Assembly (NCBI GenBank): GCA_963817955.1
Contig: CAWFQK010000004.1
Span: 96,001 to 160,000 of the forward strand
DNA length: 64,000 bases
Source: an uncultured Gemmatimonadaceae bacterium
GTDB lineage: Bacteria > Gemmatimonadota > Gemmatimonadetes > Gemmatimonadales > Gemmatimonadaceae
Direction of reading: 5' to 3'
Positions within the stretch are counted from its first letter, which is position 1; each line of letters starts with the position of its first letter. The position numbers were made by a program, and so were the translations under genes. This document shows positions 29,593 to 40,512 of the stretch, in pieces. Below the pieces are notes generated by a model. That model did not search any database and was not told the DNA's origin. It was given only the letters and a program-made list of their open reading frames with translations.

Positions 29593-30714
29593 GTGTTCCC
29601 TCGCCATGTCTACGTTCATGTGCCGTTTTGCGCGCGGCGCTGCTCCTACTGCGACTTCTCGATCGCCGTTCGACGCATCGTGCCTGCAACCGAGTACGTG
29701 GAGGCGCTGCGGCGCGAGCTCGCGTTGCGGTTTCCGCGTGACGGTCCTTGGACTGTGGACACGTTGTACTTCGGCGGCGGGACGCCGTCGCGGCTTGGCG
29801 CCGCCGGCGTCTCGGCGATCATGCGACTCCTTCGCGATCGGCTGACGCTGGCTGACGGAGCGGAAGTCACGCTGGAGGCGAATCCCGAAGACATCACCGA
29901 CGAAACCGTCCGCGCATGGCATGATGTCGGCGTGAACCGCTTATCCATTGGCGCGCAGTCGTTTGATGACCGCGTACTCGCCTGGATGCATCGGACACAC
30001 GATGCGGCGGCGATTGGCCGCGCCGTTGATGTCGCCCGGCGCGGCGGCATCGACAACCTCTCCATTGACCTGATCTTTGCATTGCCGGAGAGCGTGAAAC
30101 GTTCGTGGGCGAACGATGTCGAGCGTGCATTGGCGCTCGATCCGCCGCATCTGTCGCTGTACGGCCTCACGATCGAACCGCATACGCCGTTGGGCCGCTG
30201 GCAAAGTCGTGGCCAGGTGACGGAATCGCCTGAGGAGCGCTACGAGCTGGAGTTCACGGAAGCACACCACGCGCTCACCTCCGGCGGGCTAGAGCACTAC
30301 GAGGTTTCGAACTTTGGCCGGCCGGGTTTTCACGCGCGTCACAATTCCGCCTATTGGGCGGCGGTGCCATATGCCGGCCTGGGCCCCTCAGCCCACGAAT
30401 TCAATGGGACGGGGCGGCGCTGGAACACATCGGCGTACGTGGACTGGTTGCGCCGGCTTGGCTCAGGGCACGATCCGGTGGCCGGCAGCGAGGAGTTGAC
30501 CCGCGGCAACATGACAGCCGAGGCGGTGTACCTTGGGCTGCGCACTACGAAAGGGCTGCGTTTGTCGGGCCCGGAAGTCGCCCGTGTCCAACCGTGGGTC
30601 GAAGCCGGGTGGGCGGTTCTCGATGCATCCGGGCATATGGTGCTCACCCCTTTGGGTTGGCTTCGTCTCGATGCCATCGCCGCCGACTTGACACTTATCC
30701 GAAGTCGTTACTAG
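29593..30714 (+). CDS. hemW: Radical SAM heme chaperone HemW (HemN-like)
   Basis: YVHVPFCARRCSYCDF, YFGGGTPS, EANP, HYEVSNF; lies upstream of hrcA. Confidence 0.92.
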   Translation: MFPRHVYVHVPFCARRCSYCDFSIAVRRIVPATEYVEALRRELALRFPRDGPWTVDTLYFGGGTPSRLGAAGVSAIMRLLRDRLTLADGAEVTLEANPEDITDETVRAWHDVGVNRLSIGAQSFDDRVLAWMHRTHDAAAIGRAVDVARRGGIDNLSIDLIFALPESVKRSWANDVERALALDPPHLSLYGLTIEPHTPLGRWQSRGQVTESPEERYELEFTEAHHALTSGGLEHYEVSNFGRPGFHARHNSAYWAAVPYAGLGPSAHEFNGTGRRWNTSAYVDWLRRLGSGHDPVAGSEELTRGNMTAEAVYLGLRTTKGLRLSGPEVARVQPWVEAGWAVLDASGHMVLTPLGWLRLDAIAADLTLIRSRY

Positions 30715-30717
30715 GTT
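30688..30717 (+). promoter_or_regulatory. Sigma70 promoter of hrcA, predicted leaderless
   Basis: TTGACA-18 bp-TAGGTT, 7 nt before the ATG at 30725. Confidence 0.6.
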
Positions 30718-30724
30718 TGAAGTT

Positions 30725-31774
30725 ATGGCATCCGAGGAGCTCAGCAGGCGCGAACGCCGTGTACTCGAGGCGGTGATTCGCAGCTACGTAGAAACTGCCG
30801 AGCCCGCCGGTTCACGGACGCTCTCGCGGCGGTTTGGGCTCGGCGTGTCGCCGGCAACGATCCGCAACACGATGAGTGATCTGGAAGAGAAGGGTTTTCT
30901 CTTCCATCCGCACACATCCGCCGGCCGCATTCCAACCAACAAGGCATACCGGGCGTACGTGGATTCGCTCCTGAGCCTGCCGCCGTTGAAAACCGTTGAG
31001 AGCGATCGTCTGACGGAAGAGATTACCGGTGGACCGTCGATGTCGCCGATCGAGACGATCCTGCGGCGGGCGGCCCAGACACTCGGCGTATTGACGCAGG
31101 AACTTGGCGTTGCGGTGGGACCACGGATCGACGGTTCTGTGCTTCGCCGGCTCGAGCTCGTGCGCGTCAGTAGTGAGCGGTTGCTCATGGTGCTGACGCT
31201 CGACGGCGGGGTCATGCGGACGGTCTTCGTGGAAGTACCTGGCGAGATTGCCGGTACGGCGCTTATGGAAGTCACGACGGTGCTCAACGACCGACTCGCC
31301 GGGCTCACGATCGGACAGATTCGTCACTCATTGGCGGTCCGGCTCCGTGACACAGGCACCGACCGCGGCGCGGCGGAGCTCCTCAATATTTTTCTTCAGG
31401 AGGGCGACCAATTGTTGGACGCAGCACTCCCGTTGTCGGGCGGAGACGTGGTGCTTGGCGCAGCGTCCGTGCTCGCCGAGCAACCTGAGTTCTCTGGCGC
31501 CGACCGGCTGCGCCGACTCCTCGCGCTCACTGAAACGCCACAGGCCTTCGGTGATGCCATTCGCAAGCGCGTGCAAGTTCCTGGCATTTCGATCACGATC
31601 GGTGCGGAGCATGATGACCCGCGCTTCGAAGATTTCACCGTCGTCACCGCTGAATATCACGCCGGCTCATTGGCTGGCGTCATCGGTGTGATCGGTCCGA
31701 CGCGGATGCCCTACGAAAAAGTGATATCGCTCGTCAGCCACACATCGCAGCTGCTGAGCGACCTGCTGGATTAA
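30725..31774 (+). CDS. hrcA: Heat-inducible transcription repressor HrcA
   Basis: [34 protein letters not shown]. Confidence 0.96.
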   Translation: MASEELSRRERRVLEAVIRSYVETAEPAGSRTLSRRFGLGVSPATIRNTMSDLEEKGFLFHPHTSAGRIPTNKAYRAYVDSLLSLPPLKTVESDRLTEEITGGPSMSPIETILRRAAQTLGVLTQELGVAVGPRIDGSVLRRLELVRVSSERLLMVLTLDGGVMRTVFVEVPGEIAGTALMEVTTVLNDRLAGLTIGQIRHSLAVRLRDTGTDRGAAELLNIFLQEGDQLLDAALPLSGGDVVLGAASVLAEQPEFSGADRLRRLLALTETPQAFGDAIRKRVQVPGISITIGAEHDDPRFEDFTVVTAEYHAGSLAGVIGVIGPTRMPYEKVISLVSHTSQLLSDLLD

Positions 31775-31781
31775 TCAAAAC

Positions 31782-32920
31782 ATGGCGGATTTTTACGCAG
31801 TCCTCGCCGTCCCGCGCACGGCGTCGGACGACGAGATCAAGAAGGCCTATCGCAAGCTTGCGATGACGAATCACCCGGACCGCAACAACGGCTCGAAAGA
31901 GGCGGAGGAGCGGTTCAAGGAGATCACCGAGGCGTACGACGTGCTTCGTGATCCGCAGAAGCGCGCGGCGTACGACCGCTACGGCGAGTCGGGACTGCGT
32001 GGGGGCGGTGGCGGATTCCACCACGTAGATCTCTCGGAAGCGCTCGGCATCTTCATGCGAGACTTCGGTGGGTTCGGCGGAATGGAGGACCTGTTCGGGG
32101 GGGAGGCCGCCAGGGCAGCAACGGGCCACGTTCCGGTCCAGATGTGAAGATCACCGTGCCGCTGACCCTTGCAGAAGTGGCCACCGGCGTCGAAAAGAAA
32201 GTTCCGCTCAAACTGCTCGATTTGTGCGACCACTGCGACGGAACCGGCGCCGAGCCGGGCACGAAGTCACAGGTCTGCGCGACCTGCTCCGGCGCCGGCG
32301 AAGTGCGGCGCGCCCAGCGCTCGTTTTTCGGTCAGTTCGTGACGGTCGCGCCATGTCCCAGCTGCCGTGGCGAAGGACGCATCGTCCAGACGCCGTGTAA
32401 GAAATGCCGGGGTGAAGGACGTATACGCGGCGAGCACGAGATCAGTGTGCAGATTCCGCCGGGTGTGGCGACCGGGCAATACATGACGATTCGTGGCCAG
32501 GGTAACGCCGGTGCGCGCGGCGCCCCCCGTGGCGACATTCATGTCTTGTTCGAGGTTGCCGACGACCCGCGATTCGAGCGGGATGGCGAGGATCTTTATA
32601 CCGAGGTGCTCGTTACATATCCGCAGCTCGTACTTGGCGCCGAGCTTTCCGTGCCCGCCGTCTCAGGCCACGCGCTGCTGAACATGCCGGAATCCACGCA
32701 AAGCGGACACGTGTTCCATTTGCGTGGAAAGGGACTGCCGCGCGTGAACGCGAGCGGAACCGGCGACCTACACGTGCGGGTACAGCTCTGGACGCCGGAG
32801 CGGCTGAGCGAAGAGGAGCAACAGCTCGTCGCACGACTGGGCGAGTTGCAGCCGGGAGTGCCCGAGGACAGTCGTGGAAAGGGTTTCTGGGCCAAGATGA
32901 AAGAAGCGCTGGGCGCGTGA
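31782..32920 (+). CDS. dnaJ: Chaperone DnaJ (one apparent frameshift near the G-run at about 32100)
   Basis: J-domain with HPD, G/F region, then four CxxCxGxG repeats in a second frame. Confidence 0.93.
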
Positions 32921-33753
32921 TCGCCGACAGCTCGTGGGTCACCGTGCGCGTGTTCCCCGGCATCGAAGTTCGCGACGCCGTCATCGCCGCGATGTTCGAT
33001 GCCGGCGTGCAGGGCGTGCAGGAGCTCGGCGATTCGCTCGTCACCCAGGTCCCGACCATGGAAGGCGCGGATGCGATCGTGCGCGCTGCTCTCGCGGTGA
33101 GTCCCGACGTGCGCATCGAGAAGGAGCCGCTGCCGCACGTCGACTGGTCTGAGCAGTGGAAGCAGAGTATCCACGTGCAGACGCTTGGTGGATTATCTAT
33201 TGCGCCCCCGTGGCTGGCCGCCGGTCTCGACCCTGCGCGGACGATCGTGATCGACCCCGGAATGGCATTCGGAACCGGTGAGCATGCCACGACTCGCGGC
33301 GTCGTGCGTCTCATGCAGAATGTCATTCGAGGCGGCGACCGAGTCGCTGACCTCGGCGCTGGCAGCGCAGTGCTCGCCATCGCCACCGTCAAGCTCGGCG
33401 CTGAACACGCCACCGCGATAGAGCTCGATCCGGACGCGATCGGCAACGCCGAGGAGAATGTCGCGCGCAACGGGGTCGCCGATCGTGTGACGGTCATCGA
33501 GGGCGAGGCCGCGACGCTCCTTCCGCTCGTCGCACCGGTTCGCGTGATCACGGCCAATATCATTTCCTCGGTCCTGATCGAACTGCTGCCGTCGATCGCG
33601 CTATCACTCGGAGAGGGCGGCCGCGCGATTCTCAGCGGAATTCTCCTGACCGAGCGCGAGGACATGGTTCGGACGCTCGCTGACTCCGGGTGGCGCATTG
33701 AAGCTGAGGACAGCGAGGATGCGTGGTGGAGCACGACGATCGCGCGCCAGTAG
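32917..33753 (+). CDS. prmA: Ribosomal protein L11 methyltransferase
   Basis: IDPGMAFGTGEHATT, DLGAGSAVLAI, ANI, ILSGIL. Confidence 0.93.
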   Translation: MIADSSWVTVRVFPGIEVRDAVIAAMFDAGVQGVQELGDSLVTQVPTMEGADAIVRAALAVSPDVRIEKEPLPHVDWSEQWKQSIHVQTLGGLSIAPPWLAAGLDPARTIVIDPGMAFGTGEHATTRGVVRLMQNVIRGGDRVADLGAGSAVLAIATVKLGAEHATAIELDPDAIGNAEENVARNGVADRVTVIEGEAATLLPLVAPVRVITANIISSVLIELLPSIALSLGEGGRAILSGILLTEREDMVRTLADSGWRIEAEDSEDAWWSTTIARQ

Positions 33754-34466
33754 CCACCTTCTACGCGGAGGCGGCGTTCGCGGTCAGTCACGCGATTCAG
33801 CTCGGCGAGGCGGCCGCGCACCACGCCCGCGTGAAGCGTCTCGCTCCGCGCGATCGTGTCCGGCTCACGAATGGCGCTGGTACAATCGCGTCGGGCGACA
33901 TCGCCGCGATCCGCAGTGGCAGCATGGATGTTGTGATCCATGAGCTGGCGGCGGTCGCTCGGCCGCCCGAGATACACCTCCGGGTGCCGGTCGCGGATCG
34001 CGATCGCATGCTGTGGCTGGCTGAAAAGGCAACGGAGTTGGGTGTGACGACGTGGCAAGCGGTGCGGTTTCATCGATCGGCCAGCGTATCGCCTCGGGGG
34101 GAAGGCCCGGCGTTCGCCGAGAAAGTGCGCACCCGCATGATCAGCGCGATCGAACAATCCGGAGGCGCATGGTTGCCCCGCGCGCTACCGAACGCGACGC
34201 TCGACGCACTCGACTCGGCCGGCAGCGAGCTGCTGCTCGTGCTCGACGTGAACGGACAGGCGTTGCTATCCGTCGTCAACGGAGCCGAGCGTCCGCCCGT
34301 TCTTCTGGTCGGTCCCGAGGGCGGGATCGATCCAGCTGAGAGCCTCGCTCTCGCCAATGGGGGATGGATGAGCGTGCGGCTGGCGTCCACGACGCTCCGC
34401 TTTGAAACGGCAGGCATGGCCGCAGTCGCCGCCGTCCGGTCGGCACAACTGCTCAGGGAGGGTTAA
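33723..34466 (+). CDS. rsmE: 16S rRNA m3U1498 methyltransferase
   Basis: EKATELGV, VGPEGG, LRFETA. Confidence 0.92.
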   Translation: MVEHDDRAPVATFYAEAAFAVSHAIQLGEAAAHHARVKRLAPRDRVRLTNGAGTIASGDIAAIRSGSMDVVIHELAAVARPPEIHLRVPVADRDRMLWLAEKATELGVTTWQAVRFHRSASVSPRGEGPAFAEKVRTRMISAIEQSGGAWLPRALPNATLDALDSAGSELLLVLDVNGQALLSVVNGAERPPVLLVGPEGGIDPAESLALANGGWMSVRLASTTLRFETAGMAAVAAVRSAQLLREG

Positions 34467-34468
34467 CG

Positions 34469-34810
34469 ATGGCTGACGATTGTCTGTTCTGTCGTATCGT
34501 CCGGAAGGAGATCCCAGTGTCGCTCGTGCTGGAGACGGACGACTGCATTGCATTCCGGGACATCAATCCACAGGCGCCGGTGCACGTACTCGTGGTGCCG
34601 CGTCAACACGTGGCGTCGCTGAACGAAGCCACGGATCCAGCACTGGTCGGCCGACTCTCGCTCGTCGCCGCGCAGATTGCACAGGACGCAGGGATTGCCG
34701 AGTCCGGTTACCGGACAGTGATCAACACGAACCGAAACGCCGGCCAAACGGTCTTTCATATTCATCTGCATCTACTTGGCGGGCGCGTTCTCGGATGGCC
34801 GCCCGGTTGA
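34469..34810 (+). CDS. Histidine triad (HIT) nucleotide-binding protein
   Basis: DCLFCRI, FRDINPQAPVH, GQTVFHIHLHLLGGR. Confidence 0.95.
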   Translation: MADDCLFCRIVRKEIPVSLVLETDDCIAFRDINPQAPVHVLVVPRQHVASLNEATDPALVGRLSLVAAQIAQDAGIAESGYRTVINTNRNAGQTVFHIHLHLLGGRVLGWPPG

Positions 34811-34845
34811 GCGGATTTTCACGGAGTCGAGCGCAAGAAGCGTGC

Positions 34846-34875
34846 TTGACACCGCTTCGGCGTGCCACGTAAGTT
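34846..34875 (+). promoter_or_regulatory. Sigma70 promoter upstream of the yqeY-like gene
   Basis: TTGACA-18 bp-TAAGTT. Confidence 0.55.
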
Positions 34876-34976
34876 GAATTGCCCTTTACACTTACCTGAC
34901 GCCCTCTGCGCCACGACAACGAGTTTGTCGGAAGGTGAAAGCCGCATCCGGAACAACCGTTGCAACCACACGCCCA

Positions 34977-35420
34977 ATGGCTCAACTGTTCAGTCGACTG
35001 CAGCAGGACCTGAATTCCGCACGCAAAGCACGCGACCAGGCGGGAGTACTTCTGCTTGGCACGACCATCTCTGACGTTCGCAACCGCGAGATCGAGTTGA
35101 AGCGCGATCTCACCGACGATGACGTCATGGACGTGCTCCGCCGGGGCATCAAGCGCCGCCGCGAGTCCATTGAGATGTACGAAAAGGGCGGCCGGATGGA
35201 TCTCGCGAGCACCGAGCGCAGCGAAGCCGCGGTGCTCAGTAGCTATCTTCCAGTTGGCGCGAGCGAGGATGAGATCCGCGCTGCGGTCGTCGCCGCAATC
35301 GGTGGCGGCGCGACGAACGTCGGTGCAGTAATGGGCAAGGTGATGTCACAGTTCAAGGGACGCGCGGAAGGCGGCACCATCAACCGGATCGTCCGCGAGG
35401 AGTTAGGCAAGACAGCGTGA
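34977..35420 (+). CDS. yqeY: GatB/YqeY domain protein
   Basis: KRRRESIEMYEKGGR, YLP, GAVMGKVM...GRAEG. Confidence 0.9.
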   Translation: MAQLFSRLQQDLNSARKARDQAGVLLLGTTISDVRNREIELKRDLTDDDVMDVLRRGIKRRRESIEMYEKGGRMDLASTERSEAAVLSSYLPVGASEDEIRAAVVAAIGGGATNVGAVMGKVMSQFKGRAEGGTINRIVREELGKTA

Positions 35421-35499
35421 AGGTGTATCGGTTGGCGAAACTCTTTATCCGGATCAGCGATCCCGCTCGCGCGTCCGGGCCTTGCCGGTTGAGCGCCTC

Positions 35500-37896
35500 A
35501 TGAATGCTCATGCGCTGTCCGTCCTCGAGCTCCCGCGCGTGCTCGACTTCGTGGCAGGCTTTGCCGCCTCTGATCTCGGCGCTGCCCGCATCCGCGCGCT
35601 GTCGCCACGGATCGATTCCGATTGGCTGCAGCGGGAGCACGCGCGAGTCGCCGCGATGCGCTCCGCGCTGCAGGGCGATGATCCCTGGCGCCCTGATACG
35701 ATTCCCGATCTCGCGGATGCGCTGACGCGACTCCGCGTGGTCGGAAGCGTTTGGAACGGCGTCGAGCTGATCGCGGCCGCAACGCTGCTGCGTTCGTCAC
35801 GCCGAACGCAGTTGCAATTGCGGGATCCCAAACGGCCGGCCATCGTCCGCGCACTGCTCGCGTCGTTGCTCGACGCGCTGATCACCGCGTCGGCGCTCGA
35901 GGACCGCATCCAGCGAGCCATCCAGGAAGACGGCGAGGTGAAAGACGATGCCTCCGCCGCCCTGCGACGACTCCGGCGCGAACTGCGCATGGCGCAGGGC
36001 GAGCTGATTCGCATTCTCGAGCGTGAGATGGATCGCCTTGAGCCGCATCACCGCGTGTCCGACATGTCGGTAACGATGCGCAACGGGCGGTACGTCATTC
36101 CAGTGCGGCGCGGAGGGCAGGTCGTGGCGGGAGGCATCGTGCATGACACTTCTGCCTCAGGCGCGACGCTCTTCGTCGAACCGCCGGCCGCGGTGGAGTT
36201 CGGGAATCGCATGCGCGAGCTCGAATCGGAAGAGTTCGAGGAGATCGAGCGCATCCTGCTCGAGCTCACCGACGAGATCCGGCCGCGCCGCGACGAGATG
36301 GTCGCTACGCTCGAGGCGCTCGTTGAATTGGATGGACTGTTCGCCCGCGCGCGTTACGCGAATACGTACGGCTGCGCGCCGGCAACGCTGGTACCGGCCC
36401 GCGACGGCTTTGACATTCGCAGCGGACGCCATCCACTGCTGCTCGCGCAGGGTGCGGACGTCGTGCCCTTCGATCTCCTCATGCACCCGGCGGAGCGGAC
36501 GCTCCTCGTCTCTGGCCCGAACACCGGCGGCAAGACCGTCTTGCTGAAGGCGCTTGGATTGATTTCGGCGCTTGCCCAGTGCGGAATCCCCGCGCCAGTC
36601 GGCCCGGAGAGTCGCATCGCCCTGTTCGATGACGCATTCGCCGACGTCGGTGATGAGCAGTCGATCGAAGCAAGTCTGTCGACGTTCAGCGCGCACCTCA
36701 GGAATCTCGCCGAGATTCTGCGCCTCGCGACGGCTGACTCGCTGGTGTTGATCGACGAGCTGGGTTCGGGCACCGATCCCATCGAAGGCGCCGCCCTTGG
36801 CTGGGCGATTCTCGAAAGTTTGACAGCGCGCGGCACCATGACGGCCGCGACAACGCATCTTGGCACGCTCAAGGAGCTGGCGACGCAGGTGCCAGGCGTG
36901 ATCAACGCGTCGCTCCAATTCGACGCCATCGAGCTCGCGCCGACTTTCCGATTGATCAAGGGAATTCCCGGTCGATCGTACGGAATCTCGATTGCGCGCC
37001 GCCTGCGATTGCCCGATGCGATCGTCTCACGTGCCGAAGAGCGGTTGCCGCAACATGAGCGGGACGTGGCCGCGCTCATCGAACAGTTGGAGCGTCGTGA
37101 GGAGGAGTTGGTCATTCGCGAACGCGAGGCGACGGCCGTGCTCGACGACGCGCGACAACGCATCGCGGATGTGGCGAAGCGTGAGCGTGCCGTGCGCGAG
37201 CGCGAGCGAGCCGCAGAGAAGGAGTCTCGGCAGGACGCCCGGCGCTATCTGCTCGATGCGCGCAGCGAGATCGACCGTACGATACGGGATCTCAAATCGC
37301 GCGGTGCCGAGGCGATCGACGATGCGGGACGCAATGCGCGCAAGCGCGCCGAGCAGTTGGCAGCGCAGCAGAATGTGGAGCTGGAGCGCCTCGACCGCGA
37401 AGAGGCGAACGTTCAACGGCGGACCAGCGCGCGTGCCCGTCAGAGCGCCGTTGCTCCGGACGTCGGCGACCCAGTTGCGGTTGCAACTCTCGGCGGAAAG
37501 CTCGGACGTCTGATCGAGTTGCGCGACGGGGATGCGGTCGTCGCGGTGGGTGGGGTCAAGCTGACCGTGCCGAGAGAGTCGCTGACGCGGGTGGAGCAAC
37601 CGGCCGCGCAGGAAACCGCGGGAACCTGGATCGGCGACTTGCCCGAGGTGTACGCTCCAACAGAGGTCGATTTGCGCGGACTGCGACCGGACGAAGCCGA
37701 ATCGGCGGTCCTGCAGGCGCTCGATGACGCCATTCGCGCCGATCTGCGCAATTTACGAATCATCCACGGAAAGGGGACCGGAGCGTTGCGGGACCGTGTC
37801 ACCGAAATGCTTCGCAAGGACACTCGCGTGAAAGGATTCCGCCTGGGGGCTTGGAACGAGGGGGGCGCGGGGGTCACGCTCGCGGAATTCGCGTGA
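35500..37896 (+). CDS. mutS2: Endonuclease MutS2
   Basis: GIVHDTSASGATLFVEP, SGPNTGGKT, IDELGSGTDP, Smr domain IIHGKGTG. Confidence 0.95.
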   Translation: MNAHALSVLELPRVLDFVAGFAASDLGAARIRALSPRIDSDWLQREHARVAAMRSALQGDDPWRPDTIPDLADALTRLRVVGSVWNGVELIAAATLLRSSRRTQLQLRDPKRPAIVRALLASLLDALITASALEDRIQRAIQEDGEVKDDASAALRRLRRELRMAQGELIRILEREMDRLEPHHRVSDMSVTMRNGRYVIPVRRGGQVVAGGIVHDTSASGATLFVEPPAAVEFGNRMRELESEEFEEIERILLELTDEIRPRRDEMVATLEALVELDGLFARARYANTYGCAPATLVPARDGFDIRSGRHPLLLAQGADVVPFDLLMHPAERTLLVSGPNTGGKTVLLKALGLISALAQCGIPAPVGPESRIALFDDAFADVGDEQSIEASLSTFSAHLRNLAEILRLATADSLVLIDELGSGTDPIEGAALGWAILESLTARGTMTAATTHLGTLKELATQVPGVINASLQFDAIELAPTFRLIKGIPGRSYGISIARRLRLPDAIVSRAEERLPQHERDVAALIEQLERREEELVIREREATAVLDDARQRIADVAKRERAVRERERAAEKESRQDARRYLLDARSEIDRTIRDLKSRGAEAIDDAGRNARKRAEQLAAQQNVELERLDREEANVQRRTSARARQSAVAPDVGDPVAVATLGGKLGRLIELRDGDAVVAVGGVKLTVPRESLTRVEQPAAQETAGTWIGDLPEVYAPTEVDLRGLRPDEAESAVLQALDDAIRADLRNLRIIHGKGTGALRDRVTEMLRKDTRVKGFRLGAWNEGGAGVTLAEFA

Positions 37897-39743
37897 TTCC
37901 TGACGATGTGGTCGACCGAGTGCGCGACGAAGCAGACATCGTCTCCATCGTCGGTGAGTTCGTGAAGCTCAAGCGGGTCGGCAACAGCTTCCGCGGACCC
38001 TGTCCCTTTCACCATGGCAAGAAAGACAATTTCTCGGTGACGACGAAGGGGGGGTACAAGTGCTTCCGCTGCGGCGAATCGGGCGACGTCTTCACGTTCG
38101 TCCAGAAGCACGTCGGACTCGACTTCGTGGAAGCCGTGAAGTGGGTTGGGAGCAAGGCGGGGATCGAGGTGCACGAAGTCGCGCATCGCACAGAGGACAA
38201 GGACCCGCGGGAGCCCCTCTGGGAGGTCAACGCCACCGCTGCTGACTTCTTTCGTTCGCAGCTCTGGGATTCACCCATGGCGAAAATGGCGCGCGAATAC
38301 CTCGCGTCGCGAGGCATTTCCAACGACGATGCCGACCGGTTCGGATTGGGATTCGCGCCCCACGACCTGACGGCCATGCGCGACGCGTTGCGGACCCTTG
38401 GCTTCGCCGACGAACGACAGATTGGCGCCGGGCTGCTCGTCGTTCGGGAGGATCGTCCCGAGCCGCGTCCGCGCTTTCGCGATCGCATCATCTTCCCGAT
38501 CAACGATGCATCCGGCCACGTGGTTGGATTTGGCGGGCGCGTGTTCGGCGCCGGAGAGCCGAAGTACCTGAACTCCGCCGAGTCCGAGGTGTTCTCCAAG
38601 CGGAAACTGCTGTACGGTCTGAATTGGGCCAAACAGGCCATCCGCAAGGCTGAGCGGTTGATCGTGGTCGAAGGATACTTTGATGTCATTCGACTGATGC
38701 TGGCCGGAATCTCCGAAGTCGTCGCGCCCCTCGGCACGGCGCTCACCGAGCAGCAGGCCGCGCTGATTCGCAAGTACACCAAGAACGTATTCCTCCTCTA
38801 TGACAGCGATCAGGCGGGTCTCAAGGCCACGTTCCGCGCCGGTGACGAACTGCTCGCCAACAGCGTTTCGGCGCGTGTGATCTCGCTGCCCGCTGGGGAG
38901 GATCCCGATACCTTCGTCGCCAAACATGGCGCAGAAGGATTCGAGCGTGCTGCCGACGCATCTGTCGACGTGTTCGATCGCAAGATCCAGATCCTCGAGC
39001 GCGGAGGTTGGTTTGCAGATCTGCGGCGCAAACGCGAGGCGCTGGACAAGCTCCTGCCAACCATTCGGGTCGCTGCGGATCAGCTGCTTCGCGACCTGTA
39101 CATCTCGCGCACGGCTGAAGTGGCCGGCGTGTCCCGCGACATGCTGATCCGGGAGCTGGAGACGGGGCCTCGCGAACGGCGATTGGCGGCGGAATCCTCA
39201 GCTCCGCCTGGAGAGCCACCACCGGACTTCGGTCCTCCTCCAGATGACGAGGCCTCCGTCGTGCATATGCGGCGCGGCGATCGCCGCGCGGATCGTGGGG
39301 CCATTGGCGTCCGTGCCGAGCGGGAGCTGGTCCGCATGCTGCTGCACCAACGCCGCTACGTCGAACCCGCCGCAGAACGAATTGGCGCCGAGATATTTGC
39401 GGATCGGGCTTATCGAGCCATCTTCACTGAGCTCACCGCGGGCGACATCGAAGCGTCCGTCGATGAGCTGGCGGCAGCGCTCGACGAGGAAGCCACCGAA
39501 GTCCTCCAGGAACTCATGAACGAAAATGGCGGCCTGGAGCGTGCCGAGGAGACTGTGGTGGCGAGCATCAACGCCTTGTTGTCGCGCGATATTTCGACCC
39601 GCCTCGGCGAAATTGATCGTCTGTTACCGCTTTCGGGATCAGATGAGCAGGACGACTTGATACGCGAGAAAAGGCGCCTGGCGCTCGAGATGCAGGCGCT
39701 CGGACGTCCGCGCTGGAAGAAGTTCAATACGACGCGGACCTGA
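37893..39743 (+). CDS. dnaG: DNA primase
   Basis: CPFH...CFRC zinc finger, GFGGR, KYLNS, VEGYFD, YDSDQAG. Confidence 0.97.
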   Translation: MIPDDVVDRVRDEADIVSIVGEFVKLKRVGNSFRGPCPFHHGKKDNFSVTTKGGYKCFRCGESGDVFTFVQKHVGLDFVEAVKWVGSKAGIEVHEVAHRTEDKDPREPLWEVNATAADFFRSQLWDSPMAKMAREYLASRGISNDDADRFGLGFAPHDLTAMRDALRTLGFADERQIGAGLLVVREDRPEPRPRFRDRIIFPINDASGHVVGFGGRVFGAGEPKYLNSAESEVFSKRKLLYGLNWAKQAIRKAERLIVVEGYFDVIRLMLAGISEVVAPLGTALTEQQAALIRKYTKNVFLLYDSDQAGLKATFRAGDELLANSVSARVISLPAGEDPDTFVAKHGAEGFERAADASVDVFDRKIQILERGGWFADLRRKREALDKLLPTIRVAADQLLRDLYISRTAEVAGVSRDMLIRELETGPRERRLAAESSAPPGEPPPDFGPPPDDEASVVHMRRGDRRADRGAIGVRAERELVRMLLHQRRYVEPAAERIGAEIFADRAYRAIFTELTAGDIEASVDELAAALDEEATEVLQELMNENGGLERAEETVVASINALLSRDISTRLGEIDRLLPLSGSDEQDDLIREKRRLALEMQALGRPRWKKFNTTRT

Positions 39744-39769
39744 TTCTTCACACATCTATCGGAGGGCTC

Positions 39770-40474
39770 GTGCACCCAGACGTTGCCGCGCTATTGACCG
39801 TGCAGGATGACGACGTGGCGATTCACGATCTTGAGACGCGTCTCGCCGCGCTGCGGCCGCGACTCGAAGCCATGGCACGCGAGCGGGACCGGGCGCTTGC
39901 GGCGCTGCAGCAGGCGCGACAGAGCGAGGAGAGCGAGGAGCGTCGTCGCCAGGATGTTGCCGCACGTGTCGCACAGCACCGCTCGCTCCAAGAGAAGAAC
40001 CAGACGGCGCTGAACAGCGTCACGTCGATGCGCGAAGCGACCGCGGCGACCGCGCAGCTCGATCAGGCCAAGCGGATGATCGACGAGGATGAGCGGGAAC
40101 TCGCTGCGATCGGCCAGCAACTGGTCGAGGCCAGACGGCTGCTCGAAGAGCGCACACGCGTCGCCGAGGAACTCGAAACCGCGCAGGTGCAGGCCCGCGA
40201 GTCACTGTCCGCCGATCAAGCGGCGATCGAAGATCAGCTCGCCGCGGCGCGCGGTGTGCGCCAGAGGAAAGCCAAGGCGGTGCCACGCAACCTGCTGTCG
40301 CAATACGAGCGCATCCGCTCGCGAAAACGCGTCTTCGCGGTCTTCGCCCTGCGCGGACAATCCTGCAGCAATTGTGATACGATGATTCCATTGCAGCGTC
40401 GGAGCATGATGACAGGCAGTGGTGCGACCGAGATCTGCGAGGGATGCGGCGTGATGCTCTACGCAACGGATTGA
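39770..40474 (+). CDS. Coiled-coil protein with a C-terminal C4 zinc ribbon (zf-RING_7/DUF164-like)
   Basis: Long helical region followed by CSNC...CEGC. Confidence 0.8.
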   Translation: MHPDVAALLTVQDDDVAIHDLETRLAALRPRLEAMARERDRALAALQQARQSEESEERRRQDVAARVAQHRSLQEKNQTALNSVTSMREATAATAQLDQAKRMIDEDERELAAIGQQLVEARRLLEERTRVAEELETAQVQARESLSADQAAIEDQLAAARGVRQRKAKAVPRNLLSQYERIRSRKRVFAVFALRGQSCSNCDTMIPLQRRSMMTGSGATEICEGCGVMLYATD

Positions 40475-40512
40475 TGATTGTTGGTGATCCGCACGACCAA
40501 TAATTTTCGCGA

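Noticed and set aside
30680..31790. CIRCE operator near hrcA or dnaJ
   Set aside because: No TTAGCACTC-N9-GAGTGCTAA-like inverted repeat was seen upstream of either gene.
32090..32150. Programmed frameshift or split dnaJ
   Set aside because: The shift lies next to a G homopolymer in an otherwise intact gene, and similar indels occur elsewhere in the window, so an assembly error is more likely.
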